Origin: an uncultured archaeon
Lineage (GTDB): Archaea > Asgardarchaeota > Thorarchaeia > Thorarchaeales > Thorarchaeaceae
Length of the DNA stretch: 64,000 nt
Assembly: GCA_964558645.1 (NCBI GenBank)
Contig: CAZLEV010000010.1
Coordinates: forward strand, 32,001 to 96,000
Direction of reading: 5' to 3'
The translations under genes and the position numbers were made by a program. Numbering within the stretch: the first letter of the stretch is position 1; every line of letters starts with the position of its first letter. Under the pieces are notes generated by a model, which was not told the DNA's origin, did not search any database, and worked only from the letters and a program-made list of their open reading frames with translations. This document shows, one piece after another, positions 57,305 to 64,000 of the stretch.

Positions 57305-58315
57305 CTACTCAGAAGTCCTTGTCTTCCGTTTCCACATCCAATATGTAGGTATCAAAAGCCCCAATATTGCGAGATTGAGTATTGTGAAGCTAAGCACGCC
57401 TACCTGTACAATACTTCCCCAACCAGTTGCAGCTGCAAGTAGTCGATTCACTTGGGTGCCTACTCTACTCAGTATAACCACAAGGATCAGGCTGATCGAT
57501 TTGAGCGGGCCAGGGGACGCATTTTCCACCTTCGCCACAGTGGTTGAGAGTCCGTATATAAGCAGGATGAACTGAATTGCCATATCAAGAAGGGTGAACT
57601 GGGGGTCTGAAACGCTTACGAGCCTGAAGGTGTAGTAGAGTCCCAACCCGAAGAGAACTAGTGTCATCAACGTGGTCTGTTTCGGTCCCTTATTCTTCTC
57701 TCTCAGATAGACAGTCAGAATCGGAAGAATGACAATTCCTAACGGAAACATCAGCAAGACAATCTGTTGTTCGAAAAGAAGGACATCAAGACCAACATAC
57801 ATGTACAGATAGCCAAAGATCATCACATCTATGACAAGGAAGATGACAAACAAGAGCCACTGCAGCCCCTTCTTTCCATCAAGAGCTTCAGACACTTTGC
57901 TTCCCAGGTTCCACCCCACTAGTACGGTGAAATATGCAGTAATGACCGCGTCCAAGAAGGTGAGCCCTGCTCCTACAACTGGTCCAATAATGGCTGATGC
58001 CCCTCCCAATATCATGAAGACCAGCACCATGATGACGCATAGAATCACTTGATTTCTCAGCTGGTTCTCTCCCTCGAAGAAGACGGTACGCCCGCTCTCT
58101 GTCAGGGATGATCCTATCAGAACGATGACGAAGTACTGGAAAGACACCACGACAGATATCCCAAGTCCTTGGACTGGGTCTGTGATGTCAGGAGTCAGTG
58201 ATCCCTGTAGTACAATCCATGATGCAATTATCGCTGTTGCTGCCATAGACAGAACGAAACTAAGATTATACCAGGTCTTTGTGATCAGAATCTTGAGGCC
58301 TTCTGTGAAACGCAT
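57305..58315 (-). CDS. Hypothetical multi-pass membrane protein
   Basis: About 10 hydrophobic segments. Confidence 0.7.
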   Translation of the reverse strand: MRFTEGLKILITKTWYNLSFVLSMAATAIIASWIVLQGSLTPDITDPVQGLGISVVVSFQYFVIVLIGSSLTESGRTVFFEGENQLRNQVILCVIMVLVFMILGGASAIIGPVVGAGLTFLDAVITAYFTVLVGWNLGSKVSEALDGKKGLQWLLFVIFLVIDVMIFGYLYMYVGLDVLLFEQQIVLLMFPLGIVILPILTVYLREKNKGPKQTTLMTLVLFGLGLYYTFRLVSVSDPQFTLLDMAIQFILLIYGLSTTVAKVENASPGPLKSISLILVVILSRVGTQVNRLLAAATGWGSIVQVGVLSFTILNLAILGLLIPTYWMWKRKTRTSE

Positions 58316-58437
58316 CTGCTTCTTCTCCGGAGTGGCAATAGGTCTGCTCTTCGTGCATCCCCGATATAATCTTACTCGGCCTGTATCCCCGGCAGATACC
58401 CTATCTTATATAACGATGAACTATAATTAAGTGAAGC

Positions 58438-59241
58438 ATGGCTTACACGAAGATACCGCGCATTGGATTAGGAACTTGGCAAAACACTGACCCCAAGGAG
58501 TGCCCGAGGACAGTTGCCAAGGCCCTGGAGATGGGTTATCGCATGGTAGACACCGCTCAGTTCTACAGAAACGAAGAGCTAGTGGGAAAGGGTATCAAGA
58601 TGGCGGATGTTCCCCGCGAGGAGATTCATCTTGCAACGAAACTTTGGCATAGCGACCTAGCCTCTGATGATGTTCGAGACAGCACACAGGCCAGCTTAGA
58701 CCGTCTAGGTGTTGACTTCGTTGATCTCATCTATGTCCACTGGCCTGCAGTGTCGTATGATGCATCTGATACACTCCCTGCTCTTGCCGACCTCGTTGAT
58801 GAGGGGCTAACCCAAGGTGTTGCTGTAAGCAATTTCACACCAGAATTGATGGAAGAGGCTCGGAGAGAGTGCCCCAGACCAATTGTAGCAGACCAAGTTG
58901 AGATGCACCCACTCCTCAGACAAGAGGAACTACATGACTATCTCGTGAAGCACGATGTATGGCTCGTTGCCTACTCTCCTTTAGCCCGAGGACAAGTAAT
59001 GGACCTTCCGGAACTGACAGAGATAGCAGACAAACACGACATCACTGAGGCGCAAGTCAGTCTCGCATGGCTTCTAAGCAAGGAGATGGTCACACCCATC
59101 CCCAAAGCAACCAGTGAGAGTCACCTGCGTCAGAACATAGAGGCACTAGACGTCTCTCTAGATCCCGAGGACATCGAGATAATCGACTCATTAGGCCATT
59201 CCGATCGCATGATTGACCCCGCTTTTGCTCCTGACTGGTAG
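58438..59241 (+). CDS. Aldo/keto reductase
   Basis: GLGTW, DTAQFY, ATKLW, VHWP, VSNF, AYSPL and IPKA. Confidence 0.95.
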   Translation: MAYTKIPRIGLGTWQNTDPKECPRTVAKALEMGYRMVDTAQFYRNEELVGKGIKMADVPREEIHLATKLWHSDLASDDVRDSTQASLDRLGVDFVDLIYVHWPAVSYDASDTLPALADLVDEGLTQGVAVSNFTPELMEEARRECPRPIVADQVEMHPLLRQEELHDYLVKHDVWLVAYSPLARGQVMDLPELTEIADKHDITEAQVSLAWLLSKEMVTPIPKATSESHLRQNIEALDVSLDPEDIEIIDSLGHSDRMIDPAFAPDW

Positions 59242-59253
59242 CCGAAAGTCTAC

Positions 59254-60453
59254 CTAGAAGTCTGGCGGTTCCATGTTGACCCACTTTGGCGTGCTTTCCA
59301 TAGCTGGATCATATCCATCGAGGACATGGCGTGCGAGAATCAGTCGCTGAATCTCGCTCGTGCCTTCGTAGATCTGGTAGAGCTTTGCATCTCTAAAGAA
59401 CTTCTCGAGAGGGTACTGATCAATATATCCGTATCCTCCGTGGATTTGAAGAGTCTCACTTGCAATCCACATTGCGGCATCCGTGGCAAAGGCCTTTGCT
59501 ACACTGGCAGGGACTGTTGAATCTCCCGACGTATCTGCCTCCCACGCAGCTCTGAGGTAGAGCAGTCGTGACGCCTCTATCTTCATATACATCTCTGCGA
59601 GTTTGAACTGGATTGCCTCAAACTCTCGTAGCTTCTTGGTGAAGGCCTCTCGTTTGTTCACATATTCTCTGGCGTATTCCATGGCGGCTCGTGCCAGACC
59701 TGTGGCGAAGGCACCAATTGCAGGCCTCGTCATAGCGAAAGTTGACATAGCAATCAGGAAGCCCATCCCTTCTCCGCCCAGGATGTTCTCTTCAGGGACT
59801 TCGACATCTCTCAGAACGACAGACGAAGTTGAAGACGCTCTATGCCCCATCTTCTCAACAGGCCGGCCTGTCCTCAGACCCGAACTGTCTGCTTCAACAA
59901 TGAACGCACACAGTGCCTTGTGTCTCTGACTGGGATCTAAGCTCGCAAACACCGTAAAGTAGTCAGCATAGGGTGCATTCGTAATCCAGAACTTGCTTCC
60001 ATTCAGGACATAGTGGTCGCCCTTTTTCTCTGCTCGTGTCTTGATACCGGCGACATCGCTCCCCATTCCCGGCTCTGAGCAAGCAAAAGATATGAATCTC
60101 AAATCCTCCGTCAAAGGTCGCAGGTACTTCTCCTTCTGTTCCTCATTTCCAGCCACAAGAATCGGTTCTGCACCAAGGCTGTTTACATAGATGCTCGTGG
60201 TCATTCCTGCACATCCAGCAGCCATCTCCTCTACAACAATGCACTGTTCCAATGCCCCGAGTCCCGGGCCACCATAGTCCTCAGGTATTCCAAGATTCAT
60301 AAGTCCCTCATCCCAACACTTCTGTATGATAGGCCGTGGGAACTCACCAGTCTTGTCGTAGTAATGTGCGTAGGGAAGCATGTACTCTTGGGCAAACTGC
60401 CGTGCACGATTTCTTAGCTCGATCTGTTCATCGGTTAGGGAAAAATCAATCAT
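59254..60453 (-). CDS. Acyl-CoA dehydrogenase
   Basis: SEPGMGSD, LNGSKFWITNA, EKMG, QIHGGYG and IYEGTSEIQ. Confidence 0.96.
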   Translation of the reverse strand: MIDFSLTDEQIELRNRARQFAQEYMLPYAHYYDKTGEFPRPIIQKCWDEGLMNLGIPEDYGGPGLGALEQCIVVEEMAAGCAGMTTSIYVNSLGAEPILVAGNEEQKEKYLRPLTEDLRFISFACSEPGMGSDVAGIKTRAEKKGDHYVLNGSKFWITNAPYADYFTVFASLDPSQRHKALCAFIVEADSSGLRTGRPVEKMGHRASSTSSVVLRDVEVPEENILGGEGMGFLIAMSTFAMTRPAIGAFATGLARAAMEYAREYVNKREAFTKKLREFEAIQFKLAEMYMKIEASRLLYLRAAWEADTSGDSTVPASVAKAFATDAAMWIASETLQIHGGYGYIDQYPLEKFFRDAKLYQIYEGTSEIQRLILARHVLDGYDPAMESTPKWVNMEPPDF

Positions 60454-60564
60454 CTTCTCGTCCTCTTGCATGGTAGGATGTGGTATCCAACTCGTACCAT
60501 GCTATATGTCCGTTTTGACCCAGCAGTGTACACGACACTGTACACTCTATCGACATCTGGTCTG

Positions 60565-62835
60565 CTAAATGATGCCCGCCTTGATTTGCTTAACAACCTC
60601 GGGCAGGTTCCACTTCAGTTCAAGTTCCAACGCACCATCTTCGGGCCCAGGACATCTACGTACACATGTTCGACAGGCGACACAGAGCCAGAGGTCAACC
60701 TCCACGGTGCCAAATCCCGGTTTGTCTTCATCCAGTACAATCTTCTGTGTAGGCTTATCCTTGGCCAGTCCACGGATTGTACGGTAGAATATCCCTCGGT
60801 TGACCGGGAAACTATCGATTGCCTCATCAGAGAAATCGAAGAAGGCAGGGGCATCTATGACCGGTTTGAGCGTGATTGCGTCCTCGGGGCAGGCAATCTC
60901 GCATGATTTGCAGCCAAGACACTTTGATTGCTCCCATCTTACCGTTCCAAATCCTAGAAGAGGCGCGTACCCCATCTGTGACCTATATTCCTCCAAGACG
61001 GAAGGAACATCCACATCCAGCAGATCTTCGATAGTGACCTTGGGTCGGGTACTCGGTATCTTGGCACGTGTTCGATATGTCATAACGACTGCGGACTTCA
61101 CCTTGTCCTCGACGGTATCAAGAAGACACTCCGCAATTACCGTTCCACCAATGTCTATCTTCTCCATCTTATCCCGTGCCTTGGAAAAGGTCTCAAGCGA
61201 ATTAGCAAGATTTCCAATATCTTCAGGCTTCAAGTCTTCGAGGATGGATTCAATCTCATTCTTTGCAGTGACCAATAGCTTTGCTTGTTCACATGCCGTT
61301 CGCACCACAATCTCTGCCTTTGTGGGCGTCCTTGGGACATCATAGAGAACATATCCGTGTTCCTCCCCGGCAAGGGTGAGGAGTTCGTCACGCTTCATCC
61401 TGAGAAGATGCTGAAAGACTCTATCTTGAGGAATACTGGTTCTCTCGGCTAACTCTTTGGCACTCATGGCACCAAGTTCACGTATCAAGATGAGGATCGT
61501 CCCTCTCTCAAGCTCATTACTGAGATAGCTGTCCATGATTTGTTTGTATCTCTCCGGGTCCAGCTTCTCCCCGTAGACATTGGTACTCTCTACGAGATTG
61601 GGCCCCTTCTCTAAGGCAATCTTCAATCGAAATCGAGCAAATGCTTCAAGACCTGCAGAAACCAGCAGTCTAAGCTCTTCAGCCTCAGTGTCATCAGTTC
61701 TCGTTAGAATACCCTGTGTAGCACTGTCAGCAATTCCTCTTGTCTTGCTAAGCAATTCTGCAAGATCTGTTTCATCGTACTGCCCAAGCTTCTGCAGTCT
61801 TTCGAGTCCCAGTTCAAATTCTTCAAGAGAAGAAACGACCAGTTCCTTATTCTTCCCCTCCAATGAGCGTGAGATACCACGTAACTGCTGAACGACTCTC
61901 TTCAACACCATGGTGCCTTCTGGAATGGTTTCGAAGACTCTAGCAAAGACAGGTGCATTATCATCAAGGCCCACCATCTCCACGTCACCTCGCTGAATCA
62001 TGCTCACAATGCTTCTCTGAATGATATCTGGCTCTACGCCAACTAACTCCGCGAGTTCGGGCACAGTCTTTGAACCCATGTGGGTCAGTATGAAATATAT
62101 GACTCCTCGATACAGCTCAACCATGACATTCTGTTGAAGAAGATAGTCAAACCTCTCCTCGTCTATTCTTTCCTCTCGTTTCGCTCTCTTCACCTGTGCT
62201 GCAGTCCTGAGGAAGTTTCCATATCGCGTCTTAGTACCAAGTTTCTGTAGTCGGGCCAGAGTTTCATCAGGCTCCTCTTTCACAAGGTCTCTGGCATCTT
62301 GGATTCCCTGCCGTAACTCTTTCAAATCCTGTTCTGCAGTCTTTGCATCTTCATCCGCACTCTCCTCATACCCCCTGATTACTTCGGTTATGCGATTGGC
62401 TAGTTCGGGCAAAGGCGCGAGAATATCCCTCAGTTCAACTTCTTCTGCTTCATCTTCCTTCCTTGGCTTCTTAGTAAGCAAGTCAAGTCTAATTCTCAGA
62501 AGGTTCAAGAGGCCCTTCAGAGAGTCAATATTTCCCTTTTCGACTGCCTCTTCGAGATCATCAATTGCCCCCTCCAGAAGCCCTCTGTCGGAAACGTTTT
62601 CGAGGAGGCTTGCCTTTTCAACGGCTGTTAGGAACTCACCGAAGTACTTCTCTGGAAAAGCAAGTATCTCCTCTGTTAGGGGACCTATCTGTTCCTTTAA
62701 CAGTTCGAGTTCTTCATTGACTCGGCTTAGAGGTATAGCTGACTCTTCTTTTAGACCTCCAAGGATCATAATCATATCCATCATTCGTCTTCGCTTGGGT
62801 GCCATATCACGCTCTGCTGCAATCGGTTCAGTCAT
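60565..62835 (-). CDS. Helical/coiled-coil protein with two winged-HTH-like modules and a C-terminal 2x[4Fe-4S] domain
   Basis: KTVPELAELVGV..IQRSIVSMIQRG and MSAKELAERTSI..VFQHLLRMKR; CLGCKSCEIACP and CVACRTCVRRCP. Confidence 0.8.
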   Translation of the reverse strand: MTEPIAAERDMAPKRRRMMDMIMILGGLKEESAIPLSRVNEELELLKEQIGPLTEEILAFPEKYFGEFLTAVEKASLLENVSDRGLLEGAIDDLEEAVEKGNIDSLKGLLNLLRIRLDLLTKKPRKEDEAEEVELRDILAPLPELANRITEVIRGYEESADEDAKTAEQDLKELRQGIQDARDLVKEEPDETLARLQKLGTKTRYGNFLRTAAQVKRAKREERIDEERFDYLLQQNVMVELYRGVIYFILTHMGSKTVPELAELVGVEPDIIQRSIVSMIQRGDVEMVGLDDNAPVFARVFETIPEGTMVLKRVVQQLRGISRSLEGKNKELVVSSLEEFELGLERLQKLGQYDETDLAELLSKTRGIADSATQGILTRTDDTEAEELRLLVSAGLEAFARFRLKIALEKGPNLVESTNVYGEKLDPERYKQIMDSYLSNELERGTILILIRELGAMSAKELAERTSIPQDRVFQHLLRMKRDELLTLAGEEHGYVLYDVPRTPTKAEIVVRTACEQAKLLVTAKNEIESILEDLKPEDIGNLANSLETFSKARDKMEKIDIGGTVIAECLLDTVEDKVKSAVVMTYRTRAKIPSTRPKVTIEDLLDVDVPSVLEEYRSQMGYAPLLGFGTVRWEQSKCLGCKSCEIACPEDAITLKPVIDAPAFFDFSDEAIDSFPVNRGIFYRTIRGLAKDKPTQKIVLDEDKPGFGTVEVDLWLCVACRTCVRRCPGPEDGALELELKWNLPEVVKQIKAGII

Positions 62836-64000
62836 TTGCTCGCCTCCATCCATTTGCCAGCAGTCCCTTCATGCACCGGAGTCGGCCCAAGCTCTTTTGC
62901 TCGTCTTACCATTTCATCTATGGCTTCTGTGAAACGCTCAGGTTCAGCACTGTACATTCTGAACATATCAACTCGTTCGCCTTTCCAGCCAATTGCATTC
63001 AGGATATCGCGGGCGACATCAATCTGGGCCTGAGCAATTTCATTTCCTGTCCCTCCCATGTGGCATCGGTCAGTTTCGCAAGATGCAATCATCACTGTGC
63101 TTGCTCCGTGTTCGAATCCCTTGAGTATATCGATGATGCTCACTCTTCCTGCACATGGAACGGGAACAAATCGCGTACTTGCTGGATACTTCATTTTTCG
63201 CGTCCCAACAATATCTATGGTTGACACTGCACACTCTTCACAATGGAAACAAAGTGTGATTGGATTGTCTGCTCCGGCTCCCTCTAGAGAGGCCTCAATC
63301 TGAGCCCAGAGCTGCTCATTGGTCAGGAAGTTGAGTTGGGTTGCTGCTGAGGGACAAAGGCTCTGGCAGACACCACAGGCATGGCAGTTGAGTGTGTCAA
63401 TGGCCGCCTTGAACTCCAACTTCTCATCTTCGTCCTCTGGGTTCTCGGTCTCCTCAATCATCAAAGGCACGCCACGAGGGCACTGTTGCGCACACAATGA
63501 ACATCCCACACAGTCTTCTACATTCAGAACCGCGCCCCGAGCTAGCTTCGTGATTCTTCCCCCTTGAAGTTCATTGTGAATCACGAGGGCACCTGCTTGC
63601 GCATCTGTCACTGCTTCGAAGACAAACTGAGGTCTGGTGACTCCACCCACAGCAACAACTCCTCTTCTTCGCGTTTCTAACCTCCGCAGCTTACCATACA
63701 GCTCCTTGACATGACCATCTTCTTCGATATCAAAGCCAAGGGTTTCTGAGAGTTCGTTCAGGCCTTCAGAGGGAAGTACGGCGGATGAGAGCACAAGAAG
63801 GTCAGGTGTAAGCTCTAGATACTTGTTGAGAAGAGAGTCGTATACCTTGACATGGGTCTGCGTATCTTCTTCCCAGACCATGCTGACTCTCCCTCTGATA
63901 TAGTCCACCCCCTTTTCTCGAGACTCTTTGTAGATCATCTCATTCTCAAAGGGAACCCGGATATCCATATAGACAACTCTGACTCGTACCTCGGAGTCCC
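62832..64000 (-). CDS. hdrA: HdrA-like C-terminal region fused to an MvhD domain (5' part outside the window)
   Basis: YMDIR, YIRGRVS, two CxxCxxCxxxCP motifs, then MvhD-like CEEC, VPCAGRV, SCETDRCH and SAEP..F. Confidence 0.85.
   Translation of the reverse strand, partial: DSEVRVRVVYMDIRVPFENEMIYKESREKGVDYIRGRVSMVWEEDTQTHVKVYDSLLNKYLELTPDLLVLSSAVLPSEGLNELSETLGFDIEEDGHVKELYGKLRRLETRRRGVVAVGGVTRPQFVFEAVTDAQAGALVIHNELQGGRITKLARGAVLNVEDCVGCSLCAQQCPRGVPLMIEETENPEDEDEKLEFKAAIDTLNCHACGVCQSLCPSAATQLNFLTNEQLWAQIEASLEGAGADNPITLCFHCEECAVSTIDIVGTRKMKYPASTRFVPVPCAGRVSIIDILKGFEHGASTVMIASCETDRCHMGGTGNEIAQAQIDVARDILNAIGWKGERVDMFRMYSAEPERFTEAIDEMVRRAKELGPTPVHEGTAGKWMEASK

Noticed and set aside
1-64000. CRISPR array or cas genes
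   Set aside because: No regularly spaced direct repeats or cas motifs were seen, including around tnpB.

Overview
Archaeal chromosomal window. Gene content and order suggest an Asgard (Thorarchaeia-like) genome; this is an inference, not a database result. About 1-34 kb is mostly core information-processing genes: pyrD (partial), nop5/fibrillarin, rnhB, tRNA-Trp with two introns, a stand-alone 5S rRNA, two tandem MetAPs, dnaG, a Lon-type ATPase without a protease domain, pelota, ttuA, rps6e-eIF2g-PIN-rpoE1-spt4-rps24e-rps27ae, initiator tRNA-Met with an intron, a DUF134/COG1149/NifX metal cluster, ychF and rpl15e-rnp3-rnp2. About 34-58 kb is accessory: an orphan DNA methyltransferase, FTR1, AlkD, a His-rich MFS, a serpin, mvhD, gene remnants, a TnpB, an FG-GAP surface protein and a P-type ATPase. 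The window ends in an HdrA/MvhD-type gene coupled to an unusual wHTH-ferredoxin protein. The most notable signals are: (1) a self-contained, heavily paired and pseudoknotted ~234-nt ncRNA gene at 52601-52834 with its own promoter and terminator; (2) a transposase-less TnpB with a rearranged RuvC-II site, an embedded omega-RNA scaffold and 16-bp inverted repeats at both ends; (3) non-AUG/GUG/UUG starts for rpoE1 (ATC) and dnaG (ATA); (4) a ~550-nt structured non-coding region upstream of dnaG; (5) a protease-less Lon ATPase with an HbYX-like tail.
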